A stretch of 64,000 bases of DNA from a virus. The stretch's first letter is position 1. Each line of letters opens with the position of its first letter. Below the pieces are notes generated by a model. It had not been told where the DNA came from. It did not search any database and saw nothing but the letters and a program-made list of their open reading frames with translations. The stretch is taken from the IMG/VR virus record IMGVR_UViG_3300032018_000001, positions 77,807 to 141,806 of that record. One strand, written 5' to 3'. Shown here piece by piece: positions 45,156 to 54,572 of this stretch. The translations under genes were made by a program, and so were the position numbers.

Positions 45156-48100
45156 ATGTCATTAGCAAAAACACTGTTACCGCGTAGCCTCCTGATAGGA
45201 GAGACTTTCAATAAGCTCTCTGGCATTCAGCAGGATATTCAAAACGATTGGCAGACCTCTGTGGGTGAGGTTGCTAACTCTTATGATATTGACAAGCTTA
45301 ATGAGGATGATTTGAGGAGCTTGTTGGCTTCCTTTGACCTGCTGGATTTGTACAGCTCGCTGCCTCCTTACTATTTAGGCTCTTTGGTAAATGCAGAAGA
45401 AACTCAGTATACTACTCCTATTGCGGGTGGACGTATGCCTTTCATGCGTAATTTTGCCAGAGAGATGCTACGCATGCGGGCTCAGACTGGTATCGTTAAA
45501 ATATTTGATTCTATTATGGGACTGCTCGGCGTTCCGGTAGGTCAATTTACCGTGCTCCAAAATTTCCGATACGGAAACAGTCTTGATGTTAATCCTACGC
45601 ACTACCAAGGAGCACCTGATTCCGGAGCGCACCCTGAATGGGATGTTATTTTGGAACGTGTCATTTATTCATCTGTACATATTAATGGCGTGTACGAGCC
45701 CGCTCCCTGCTACCGCAAATATGGGCCTTTGGTTTACAATACTATTACGAATCCTATTCCTGGAAAAATAGACGATGCTCCTAATACCCCTGACCCCATA
45801 CCATTGACACATCAAGCATTTTTTATTGACATTTCTGGTAAGCGTATGACGCCCACACAGACTGTTACCATTGATGTTTTGTCGCCTATAGCATTTGGGA
45901 TAGAAGCTGAGTTTATTGCAGCAGTACGGCTCCTGACAAACTTTTTAAAGCCCACATTCGTTGTATTTAAAGACATCATTCCTTCCGTGTACTTGTTCAT
46001 GGACTTTTTCTATCAGGTTCCCATGAGCCTCAAAGGAAGCTTTGTAAATCCTCAGCCAGGCGCTCCCGATTACCGCATTGATTTGTATACTGCCGCATCT
46101 GCGGATGCTGGCACAAACAGGTTCAACTTTACTTCAGCTAATCCGGTAGCGGCTGGAATGCGACCGGGAATGCTTTTAACTGTTACTGGATTTTTGGCTA
46201 ATCCCGTTATTAACGCTCAGATAGTAGCTATCGGAAATACTTACGTTCAATTGAGCACAGCGGATGTTACCCTAGTAACCGGCCCCGGAGTAGGAAATTT
46301 CCACGCTGACTACGACCACTCATTTCAGGATGTACTTGTGGAGATTCCTGGCCTGGACGTAACCATGACCGGCGTTTTTTCTGTGTCTGCAATTAACAAG
46401 ATTTCCCGCAATGACGCCGTGCCCGGAGTGACAGGCTTTGATATTGATGGCTTTAGCAAGGATAAGCTGCTACTGTTGTCAGGCTTTACCAATGATGCAA
46501 ACAATATCCGTGAGGTCAAACATGCTATCATCACACAGGTTGCTAATGACTACCTGCTGATAAGCTATATCGGACTTGTCGTGGAAGCAGCAGCAGCGCA
46601 GACAGTCAAGGTTGAAATGGTGGAAGCTTTTGATATGGCGGAGCCTGATATTATTTCTCCGTACCGTAAGAAGGTGCACAAGCCTTTTATCGAAGACAGT
46701 AGCAATACGATGCATCCTGTTATCCACCAGCCCGGCCCGGTGCCCACGCTGGACACGCGGGGCTCATATAACAGACAGAGTGCTACGGAAAGACTTGATA
46801 CTTTGGATGGAATGCACTTTAACAATTTGGGTGCACGCATAGGGGGCGCTATTGAGTTTGACGAATCTCCTGAGCCATTGACGCTTGACCGTTTTTGGCG
46901 CGGGGCAGGTAACTGGAGCGATTCTGCTAAGTGGTCTTTCTACTCTGATTCTTTCGTACAAGCTCCCGTGCCTACTAATGAAGATACTGTTTATTTTGAC
47001 GAAGTGTCTTCCAGTTGCATTGTTGACATCAATGCTCACTGTAAAAGTTTGAACATGCTGAACTACATAAACACCCTGGATATGAGCGGTGCCGCTAATA
47101 TGACTGTGGAAGGAACCGCAAATCTTAAAGGTAATGTTATCTTAGGCAGCGGAATATTAACGCTGCATAATTCTTTAGGAGGAGAAAGTTCAATCACCAA
47201 CGTAAACTTGACGCTGGGCTCTGGTTCTATTCGCATAAATAGAACATCCACTATTGGTACTGGCGGCGATACTATACCGTTGCCTACAGTAGCAGCAGCA
47301 CTTCCAGGGGAGACAGTAACTTTTGCAAATGGTTGCTACGCTGCGGCGAGTTTGTCTGTCCTTGGCGGTAACATAAAAGTTTATACGATAGCTTTCACTG
47401 GCGCAGGAAACATAAACCTTGCAACTGGTAGTTCTATTAGCAGGACATATTCCGATGAACCTTTGTTTAGCTTTTTTGGCGCTGGGCTTTTTACACTGTC
47501 TGGCGATTGGTCGAGCACGGACGGATTAGGCGTGCGTTTACAGACTGCAGCAGACTTTACCATGCAGCAGCAAGCTGATGTTACTGTGGGCTGGGTACAA
47601 GTATCCGGCTCTGGTATTTGCCGCTGGACAGGTAACGGTCATGGCTTGACCTTAACCTCTAAAGGTAATTTGGGAATTGCAGCACTTGCTCTAGGTGGCA
47701 TATTTGATAATGTCGGCGGCTTCCTTTCAGTAACCGGGTCTGTTTTTGGACAGTATGGAATTTTAGACTTGACAGATTGTACTGCTACTATTTCTGATGA
47801 CTTATTAGTGGGACAGTTTACAGGCTCAAATAATTCACTGTCAGTAGGAAATAATTTTGAGATGCGAGGAACTGCCTTCTTAGCTGGCGGCACAATAAGC
47901 TGCAGGCAGTTTACTATCACCGATTTGGGCGTTGTTACGCAAGGTTCCGGGGTTATAACTGTCGAGGTCAGTGCATTTTTTGCCTCTGGTTGCTCATGGA
48001 CTAAGAATGCTGCCGGTCTTTTGCGCTTAGCTCCTACTGGTACTTATGCTCTTATTACTGACCCGGATGTTCACGCTTTGGGTAACATTGAGGCAGCAGG

Positions 48101-48398
48101 CTCCAATGTAACTAAGTTTGCTGGCGCAGTTAATTGCGATAACTTTACCTTGAGTTCAGCAGGCTCGGTAAACACGCAGAGTAATGCCTGGACTATTCAT
48201 GGTCAGACTGTGTTTAATAGCACAGCCGATACTGTAATTCCGGGAAGCTCGCTGATTACTATTTATGGAGACCTTACTAATTTGGGAAGCTGTATTGCTT
48301 CAGATTCTGAAACGTGGTTGATTATTGATAATAACCAGACTGTTGACTTTGGCTCTGATGAGGTTTTTATCTTACAGCTAGGGGCAGGTGGCGAATGA
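45156..48398 (+). CDS. large baseplate wedge (gp7-like N-terminus) fused to beta-solenoid appendage
   Basis: LLP.., LL..FLKP motif; RFWRGAGNWSD..W....P...D.VYFD beta-helix start. Confidence 0.6.
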   Translation: MSLAKTLLPRSLLIGETFNKLSGIQQDIQNDWQTSVGEVANSYDIDKLNEDDLRSLLASFDLLDLYSSLPPYYLGSLVNAEETQYTTPIAGGRMPFMRNFAREMLRMRAQTGIVKIFDSIMGLLGVPVGQFTVLQNFRYGNSLDVNPTHYQGAPDSGAHPEWDVILERVIYSSVHINGVYEPAPCYRKYGPLVYNTITNPIPGKIDDAPNTPDPIPLTHQAFFIDISGKRMTPTQTVTIDVLSPIAFGIEAEFIAAVRLLTNFLKPTFVVFKDIIPSVYLFMDFFYQVPMSLKGSFVNPQPGAPDYRIDLYTAASADAGTNRFNFTSANPVAAGMRPGMLLTVTGFLANPVINAQIVAIGNTYVQLSTADVTLVTGPGVGNFHADYDHSFQDVLVEIPGLDVTMTGVFSVSAINKISRNDAVPGVTGFDIDGFSKDKLLLLSGFTNDANNIREVKHAIITQVANDYLLISYIGLVVEAAAAQTVKVEMVEAFDMAEPDIISPYRKKVHKPFIEDSSNTMHPVIHQPGPVPTLDTRGSYNRQSATERLDTLDGMHFNNLGARIGGAIEFDESPEPLTLDRFWRGAGNWSDSAKWSFYSDSFVQAPVPTNEDTVYFDEVSSSCIVDINAHCKSLNMLNYINTLDMSGAANMTVEGTANLKGNVILGSGILTLHNSLGGESSITNVNLTLGSGSIRINRTSTIGTGGDTIPLPTVAAALPGETVTFANGCYAAASLSVLGGNIKVYTIAFTGAGNINLATGSSISRTYSDEPLFSFFGAGLFTLSGDWSSTDGLGVRLQTAADFTMQQQADVTVGWVQVSGSGICRWTGNGHGLTLTSKGNLGIAALALGGIFDNVGGFLSVTGSVFGQYGILDLTDCTATISDDLLVGQFTGSNNSLSVGNNFEMRGTAFLAGGTISCRQFTITDLGVVTQGSGVITVEVSAFFASGCSWTKNAAGLLRLAPTGTYALITDPDVHALGNIEAAGSNVTKFAGAVNCDNFTLSSAGSVNTQSNAWTIHGQTVFNSTADTVIPGSSLITIYGDLTNLGSCIASDSETWLIIDNNQTVDFGSDEVFILQLGAGGE

Positions 48399-49033
48399 TT
48401 ACACTAAAGGGCGGCACGTTCTTAAATCCGTTAAAGATTGCTCATTTGAATATGGGCCCCAGCGCAGAAACTACGGTGCATTTTACTGCGGGTCATTATT
48501 TCGAGGTAATAACTGGAATCAGTTTTCCTGTTGTGGGTTGTGTTTGGACTTCTGATGGAGACTGGTTCTTAAAGTGCGATGATGTCTTTACCGCGCTCTA
48601 CTGCACGGTTGACCACTCACACGTAACAGGTACTCAGGTAGATGCAACAGATGCATCAAATGTGGATAATAACAATAATGAGAATTGGATATTTAATCCG
48701 CACACGTCTTCAGATGTTTTGGCAGGTGTTCCAAATGGCGGCGGTAGTTGGTCAATGGATGTTTTTGATTTTGGCACCTGGCCGTGGCCCGCAGGTACTG
48801 TTGCTTGTAATGTAAGCATGTTTTTGACTTCAGGCAACGCAGCATCTGTTTGGAATTATACATGGAACGGTTCGTCTTTGGCCTATGTAAGCAATTCAGG
48901 AGATTTGTTTGGCCCTACAGGCTCAGGTAGCCATGGTGTTTCCATCTCAGGAACGAAGTTAGTTTTCAGTGGTACGATAGGGCCGGGTAACGGAGGAACA
49001 GCACACGGCTCGATGACGTGGACAAAAACATGA
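48395..49033 (+). CDS. fibre/appendage-associated protein
   Basis: coupled; continues beta-solenoid style (DNNNNENWIF). Confidence 0.55.
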   Translation: MITLKGGTFLNPLKIAHLNMGPSAETTVHFTAGHYFEVITGISFPVVGCVWTSDGDWFLKCDDVFTALYCTVDHSHVTGTQVDATDASNVDNNNNENWIFNPHTSSDVLAGVPNGGGSWSMDVFDFGTWPWPAGTVACNVSMFLTSGNAASVWNYTWNGSSLAYVSNSGDLFGPTGSGSHGVSISGTKLVFSGTIGPGNGGTAHGSMTWTKT

Positions 49034-49076
49034 TAAGAGAATCTTGGAAAATAAGACGATTAAACAAGGAGTTGAC

Positions 49077-49820
49077 ATGCCGCAGGTAATTTTTTCACCC
49101 ATGGCCATATACAAGTACTTTCGTCAGCTAGTGCAGGGTCACACAGGCACCGGCTCAGAAGTACAAGGATTTTACGTTGATAAGTCCATAGGAGCCCCAG
49201 GACAGCCCATTAAACAGCTTAAGTATTTTATGGTGGGTATGGGCGGGCCAGCGACAGCAGAGCTCACGGAAACCTTTTTCCATGATAACTGCATGACCAC
49301 GCCTAAAGGAAAACTGGCGTCTCCTATTCGCCTTTTTTCTTCCGGGTCTGACCCTCAAGCTTACGGCGGAGACCCGTATAAGCATGCTCTCGATGATACC
49401 AACTTCTACAATTATGGAAACTCGCAGGATTCAAAGGTTATAGGTGTGCTTAGTGTGCTTCCTCGTTCAGGTGGCGACTTGGGGAAATACTGGGATATTC
49501 CTGGTGTGGCATTCCAGGTGGCCTGCCACTTATCTGCAGGAGAGGGTAACTATACCAATGTTCCATCACCTAATACTCCTGTAGTATCTCCGGATGTTGT
49601 CCTTATTAACGAGGTGGGAGTTTTCGATGAGGATGACATCCTGATTTTGTACGGCGTGTTTCCAGCACGGTCAAAGAATGATACGCTGTCATTCAAAGCA
49701 AACTGTGTGGCCATGCTGAAGATTCTCGATTATCAGTTGGTGTTGTTGCCTACTACGACTACAACGACAACCACGACTACAACCACGACAACTACGACCA
49801 CAACGACTTCCGGTATGTAA
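49077..49820 (+). CDS. tail fibre attachment (collar-like) protein with T19-SGM tail
   Basis: INEVGVFDEDD.LI.Y..FP.RSK motif; AGGAG RBS before 49077. Confidence 0.65.
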   Translation: MPQVIFSPMAIYKYFRQLVQGHTGTGSEVQGFYVDKSIGAPGQPIKQLKYFMVGMGGPATAELTETFFHDNCMTTPKGKLASPIRLFSSGSDPQAYGGDPYKHALDDTNFYNYGNSQDSKVIGVLSVLPRSGGDLGKYWDIPGVAFQVACHLSAGEGNYTNVPSPNTPVVSPDVVLINEVGVFDEDDILILYGVFPARSKNDTLSFKANCVAMLKILDYQLVLLPTTTTTTTTTTTTTTTTTTTSGM

Positions 49821-49837
49821 AATAAAAGGGAGAGCTT

Positions 49838-52462
49838 ATGCCTACTATCACAAGTCCTACACTGACCGCGGAAATTCTGACTGGCAGAATGCCGTTGTCA
49901 GATTCTTTTAACCGTGCAAATGCGGCGAATACCAGAATGGGCATCCATCATGGTCTTCAGCTGTCATTTCTTGACGGCACAAACTGGCCGAATAAATCTT
50001 ACATCACGGAGTTTCTGCAAATTAATGCAGGCTCCGCGGTCATAGGTGCTACGATAACAAATGCTGCGTCTGCTATCGAGCCAGTACTGCTGACTGCTAT
50101 TCTATCTTCAAATTTTGTTATTGACCTGCTTGCTTATGGCATTAGTGCGGGAGATGCTACTACATACCGCGTGTACTTACAGGTTGCTTATGTTCCTCCT
50201 GTAGTCAATAATACTACTGGGCTTGTTTCCAACATAGGCTCTAACGATGTAGCGCTTGTTATTGAAAACGAGAGCGTTGATTTTGGAAACAGGAGAGGCC
50301 TGCTTATCGGTCGCTTTAACCGGCAGCAGAAGTTTGTTGAAACTGTGGGAGACCAAGTATTCAATACCTCTGACATCAATATGGATAATGCTGAGGGTTG
50401 TTTGCCTAACAGCGTAAAGAATTCATTACAGCTGGGACAGGCCGTGAAATCTTTTGTGCTTAGAAGCGCTTCAAACCTCAAGAAGCATATTCGGGTGGAA
50501 AATGTTTCTGACCCTGCTATCGCTGAGACACTAGGCACAGCAGTAATGCCTCTGGCCGGGATAACAAATTCCGTTGCTACATCAGCCGGAGACATTGGCA
50601 GCTGGTCGCTTCCTGTGGATTGGTACAATCAGTCATTAACAAACGAAATTGTTAATCTTGGTATCTACCGGGATGTAGAAAAGTTTGAGCTGTTCAATTG
50701 TCGTTTTAAGAATAGCATGCAGTTTGCTTTTCATCGCACTCCCGGACATAACAAGATGGGTGATTGGATTCAAACCGTCAATGTCAGCAAGCTCATTACC
50801 AAAAGCGAAGTAGCGGCCTACGCAGATTTTGGCGCTCAGCAGTTTATCTTTGATGCTAAGGGCTCCATGTTTGAAGGAGACCTGACCCTGGATTTGGTTT
50901 TGGACTTCACAGGTCTTGCTCATCAGCATCCGTATAAAATTATCATTCGTAATCTTACCGTCATGGGTAACTTGATAATCAATTATGGGCAGTCATGGTT
51001 AGGCTTAGCAGGCGGAACGCTGGGAACGATTGAGTACGATAATGTACAGGTTTTTGGTACGAATAATACTGTACGGCCTTGGCCCTGTGTGCAAGGTGCT
51101 ACTATTACAGACCCGGTAACGAACGCCCCTTACAATGCTTTCGGCTTCACTACAGTTCAGTATTTTGTCAACACAGCAGCGGAGATTGCTATTACAGGTT
51201 ACGCACAGTCTCCAGGCCCGGCTCTTCTTCAGAATTGGAGAGACACTGTTGGAACGGCGTATACTAAAGGTGTGCTGGTTCTTACTTACTTGCACAATAA
51301 GATTGCAGGGCCGGGAATAGTACCTATGCTTATGGGAGACCCGTGGTTATTGGAAGGCAATGACGCCGGGGTGCTATTCAAAAATTCCACACTGCCTACT
51401 GCCGTACTTCCTATCTTGCTCGCCAGTGACCCGGCTTGCGGAGCAGACCAGGCGGGCGCTATGGTCAGAGTTAAGTTGCAAAATTGCAAGTATCAGAATA
51501 GGGCATCATCCTACAATTCTTTTGGCTATCTGAATGCATCAGAGCTTGCTATTCTCGATGACCACATTTACACCTTGCTTGCCTTTAACACAACAAATCC
51601 CTGGGATTTACACTTCAAAAAGAATGTCACTGTTGTTGGTAACGTAGGTTGTGACAATGTCAATGCTTCAGGTTCTGTTTCTGCTACTGGCAACTTGGTT
51701 GCTGGTAGCAAGGTAATAACTACGGGCGGAGCGGACATTGGCGCTGGCGGAATTATCCGCGGTAGTACGCTTACGCAGGGTCTCACGGTTGTTCAAGGAA
51801 TGACTGTTCAAAAGGATGTTGCCCTTAATCAAAACCTTAGCGTAGCTCAGAATATAAATGTCGGCCTGGACATTATAGGCGCTAAGGGTTTGGATATTGC
51901 AAAAGGTGGAATCATTCGCGGTACTACGCTTACACAGGGATTGACCGTTGTTCAGGGTTTATTTGTCAGCGGCATTATCGACAATGACAGTGGCGTCAAG
52001 AGGATAGGAAAAAGTGTTCAGCCCGGCACCGGTTTTGATAATACACAGCAAGTCATACGTGCTCCTTTTGCTACTATAGGTGCTGTTTCAAACGGCGGAG
52101 CAAATGTTCAGAGCGTGTGGGAGTACATATTTTCTTTTGTTATTTTCGGAAATAATACCCCTTCTCACACTTTCTCTGTTGAGTTGACAAAACTAGCAAA
52201 CTTTAATCCTGGCGTTTTACCGGGCGGAATCATTGGCGGCAAGATAATAACAGTAGAGTACTCATTCATTCCGTATTTAGTAGTTAATGCTTTTTCTGGT
52301 AACAAGACTTTTGTTTCTGGCCCGCTACAGACAATATTTAATTTCAATTCTGGAGAGAACATTTTAGATTTTACCCCAGCTACGGGCGTATTCAGACTGT
52401 ACGGTACGCTGAGTGCTAATGCAGATTTTAATTTATTTCTTAAGGTGTACGTGCAGATTTGA
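49838..52462 (+). CDS. tail fibre / receptor-binding protein
   Basis: triple-beta-helix-like repeats, duplicated GGIIRG.TLTQGLTVVQG. Confidence 0.7.
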   Translation: MPTITSPTLTAEILTGRMPLSDSFNRANAANTRMGIHHGLQLSFLDGTNWPNKSYITEFLQINAGSAVIGATITNAASAIEPVLLTAILSSNFVIDLLAYGISAGDATTYRVYLQVAYVPPVVNNTTGLVSNIGSNDVALVIENESVDFGNRRGLLIGRFNRQQKFVETVGDQVFNTSDINMDNAEGCLPNSVKNSLQLGQAVKSFVLRSASNLKKHIRVENVSDPAIAETLGTAVMPLAGITNSVATSAGDIGSWSLPVDWYNQSLTNEIVNLGIYRDVEKFELFNCRFKNSMQFAFHRTPGHNKMGDWIQTVNVSKLITKSEVAAYADFGAQQFIFDAKGSMFEGDLTLDLVLDFTGLAHQHPYKIIIRNLTVMGNLIINYGQSWLGLAGGTLGTIEYDNVQVFGTNNTVRPWPCVQGATITDPVTNAPYNAFGFTTVQYFVNTAAEIAITGYAQSPGPALLQNWRDTVGTAYTKGVLVLTYLHNKIAGPGIVPMLMGDPWLLEGNDAGVLFKNSTLPTAVLPILLASDPACGADQAGAMVRVKLQNCKYQNRASSYNSFGYLNASELAILDDHIYTLLAFNTTNPWDLHFKKNVTVVGNVGCDNVNASGSVSATGNLVAGSKVITTGGADIGAGGIIRGSTLTQGLTVVQGMTVQKDVALNQNLSVAQNINVGLDIIGAKGLDIAKGGIIRGTTLTQGLTVVQGLFVSGIIDNDSGVKRIGKSVQPGTGFDNTQQVIRAPFATIGAVSNGGANVQSVWEYIFSFVIFGNNTPSHTFSVELTKLANFNPGVLPGGIIGGKIITVEYSFIPYLVVNAFSGNKTFVSGPLQTIFNFNSGENILDFTPATGVFRLYGTLSANADFNLFLKVYVQI

Positions 52463-52463
52463 T

Positions 52464-52832
52464 ATGGAAAACAATTACATTTATCGCTTTCATCCGGAGT
52501 TTATTGAAAGCGGTTCTACCTTTTTCGGACGGCTGGATTTGGGTATTGACGTTTGTATACGCAAGAAAATAAAGCTTGTGAATATCAGATGCCACTCTCC
52601 TCAAGTCTCGGCCGGTATCGAATCAAAGAAGTACGTTGAAAATCTTATGAAAGACCGTGAGGTTTTCTGTAGGACATTCCGGGACAGATTCCGGAAATGG
52701 TCAACCGTTCTTGCCGTGGTTTACATAAAGAATGGGATTGACTATATTAATCTTAATGACATACTGGTAGAGAAAGAGTTTGCGTCATCTATCCGGGAGG
52801 AGCAAAATGAAATACTGGATATTCGCAATTAG
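52464..52832 (+). CDS. thermonuclease (SNase)-fold protein with substituted catalytic residues
   Basis: Y.Y.., LDLG.DV...KIKL.NI, AG.ESK.YV..L, VLA.VY, .LND.LV...FA. Confidence 0.6.
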   Translation: MENNYIYRFHPEFIESGSTFFGRLDLGIDVCIRKKIKLVNIRCHSPQVSAGIESKKYVENLMKDREVFCRTFRDRFRKWSTVLAVVYIKNGIDYINLNDILVEKEFASSIREEQNEILDIRN

Positions 52833-53001
52833 CTGGCTGGTTGTTTTCCTGATGGGTTTCCTGGCAGGTGTGACAATTTATCATTACACAGAGCTCCCTC
52901 TGAGTCTCCTTATCTTTGTTTCGGTTACTATCGTCCTATTCACAGCAGTTGCATTTGTAGCAGCATCCTACACAGGGAAGGCTATTTTTCTACGTGAATA
53001 A
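52807..53001 (+). CDS. small 2-TM membrane protein (holin-like size)
   Basis: hydropathy; GGAGG RBS. Confidence 0.55.
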   Translation: MKYWIFAISWLVVFLMGFLAGVTIYHYTELPLSLLIFVSVTIVLFTAVAFVAASYTGKAIFLRE

Positions 53002-53638
53002 GATTCAGATTACAAAGCTTTGGAATGAGGCCTACTTTACACCGGCCAGCGACCCGGCGTACCGGCTGAGCGACATTCAGCTCAGTATGGCCAAGACTAT
53101 CCATTATAACCTTCTCCAGGTCATGAAGCTGTTTCCGGACAACAGCTTCTACCGGGATATGGGCCTGATGCTGGACAAGGATAGGGCGGATGCCGCTCTT
53201 ACGGGTAGGGTGATACCAGAAACCTCCGATTTGGCCTTTGGCGGGCCTGTGGCGCTGTTTCAGCCTGCTAATCTGAGGGTATTCGGCCGGGTGTATTCCT
53301 TCAGCGTGGGGGCCTTGCAGCTTACTACGGAAGGCCCGGCGAGCATGTTTGACATCTTTAAGACGGCTGTGGTCATGGCACGGGAAGGCAGGAAGGCCCG
53401 CTTTGGTGATATAGCATACTATGCTGGGGGAGCCCTGGCGGAGCCCGCGGTCTGCTTCTCCAATAGCAGGTACTTCTATTACGACTCACTGTTCCTGAGA
53501 AGGTTCTTCCGGGTCAGCTATACCACATCTTACAATGGCGGCGTGACCATCAATCAATATTTAGTCAACAAAGACCTCACTCCCAGCGCGGCAGTCAAGC
53601 AGGCTAAGCCTGAGCCTGAAGAGGATGACGAAGATTAA
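52994..53638 (+). CDS. hypothetical protein
   Basis: ORF track; acidic C-terminus. Confidence 0.6.
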   Translation: MNKIQITKLWNEAYFTPASDPAYRLSDIQLSMAKTIHYNLLQVMKLFPDNSFYRDMGLMLDKDRADAALTGRVIPETSDLAFGGPVALFQPANLRVFGRVYSFSVGALQLTTEGPASMFDIFKTAVVMAREGRKARFGDIAYYAGGALAEPAVCFSNSRYFYYDSLFLRRFFRVSYTTSYNGGVTINQYLVNKDLTPSAAVKQAKPEPEEDDED

Positions 53639-53640
53639 GC

Positions 53641-53790
53641 TTGACTTCCTGATTCACCATAACGTATATTAAGAACTCATCGTAGGGAGGCCGCAAGGCT
53701 GTCCCTATCCCGGCCCTGGGTTAAAGGGTTTATGGCTTAAGGTTAAAATGGACGGCACAGGTTGCCGTCCATTTTGTTTTAGGCCATAAA
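53641..53790 (+). ncRNA. candidate small structured RNA with its own promoter
   Basis: TTGACT-18-TATATT (53641-53670), GCAA tetraloop hairpin, then a long terminal hairpin; no ORF. Confidence 0.4.
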
Positions 53791-53818
53791 TAATTGTATT
53801 ACTATTTTAATCTTTTGC

Positions 53819-53847
53819 TTGCATTCCTGATTGTAAATGCTTATATT
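53819..53847 (+). promoter_or_regulatory. repeated early promoter (probably leaderless mRNA)
   Basis: TTGCAT-17-TATATT; ATG 6 nt downstream with no RBS. Confidence 0.8.
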
Positions 53848-53853
53848 AGTAGT

Positions 53854-54240
53854 ATGCGATACCACCTTATAGCTGATAAGGCCCTGATGCTGCTTCCCGT
53901 GGATGGGGAGCTCTCAGAGAAATTGTGCGAGCACGTCTGCAGCCGGTTTAATCTGCCTCTTGTAAAAGTTGGCTTCTTTCCGCGTGGTGGATTTTCAGGC
54001 GGAGTGCCCAAAGACATCCTGGGCAATTACGGAAACATTACACTTAATCGCAAGCCGGTGCCGGTGATTCATTTATTTGGAGCAGAGGGAGCTCAAGCGG
54101 AGTGCTTGATTCATGAGCTCGCTCACCATCTGGCCCACAAGCGCCGGGTCAAGGTTATGCACGGCCGGGACTTTGTACGGGCCTACTTCGATGTGCTTGC
54201 TGTGGCCAAACCTTTCCTTAGCAAGTGTTCTTCTTTGTAA
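53854..54240 (+). CDS. SprT-like zinc metalloprotease
   Basis: LIHELAHHL...HGRDF. Confidence 0.7.
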   Translation: MRYHLIADKALMLLPVDGELSEKLCEHVCSRFNLPLVKVGFFPRGGFSGGVPKDILGNYGNITLNRKPVPVIHLFGAEGAQAECLIHELAHHLAHKRRVKVMHGRDFVRAYFDVLAVAKPFLSKCSSL

Positions 54241-54329
54241 CTCATTGATTTCTACCTGTTTATGAATATAAAGAAAAAACTAAATAATCTTATTATTTAC
54301 TTGCATTCCTGATTGTAAATGCTTATATT
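54238..54329 (+). promoter_or_regulatory. repeated early promoter with upstream IHF-consensus site
   Basis: TAACTCATTGATT (54238-54250; reverse = WATCAANNNNTTR); TTGCAT-17-TATATT 54301-54329. Confidence 0.8.
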
Positions 54330-54345
54330 AGTATAGGAGGGAAAA

Positions 54346-54570
54346 ATGGCAAAAGCTTTCGGAATCCCAGGTCTTTACAACACTCCTATGAAATGGAATA
54401 AGGAAAATGTGAACGGCAGGCAGGTAGAGTGGCGCTGTCGCTTGTGGCACGGAAATGTTATTGGTTACTATGTCAAATCAAAAGCTGCTGGTATTGAAAA
54501 ACAGCACCTTAACGCACTATCAGCCGGGGAAGCAATTATTAAGTTTATCGCTAAAAATTTCAAGAGGTAA
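54346..54570 (+). CDS. early hypothetical protein
   Basis: GGAGG RBS after promoter. Confidence 0.6.
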   Translation: MAKAFGIPGLYNTPMKWNKENVNGRQVEWRCRLWHGNVIGYYVKSKAAGIEKQHLNALSAGEAIIKFIAKNFKR

Positions 54571-54572
54571 TC

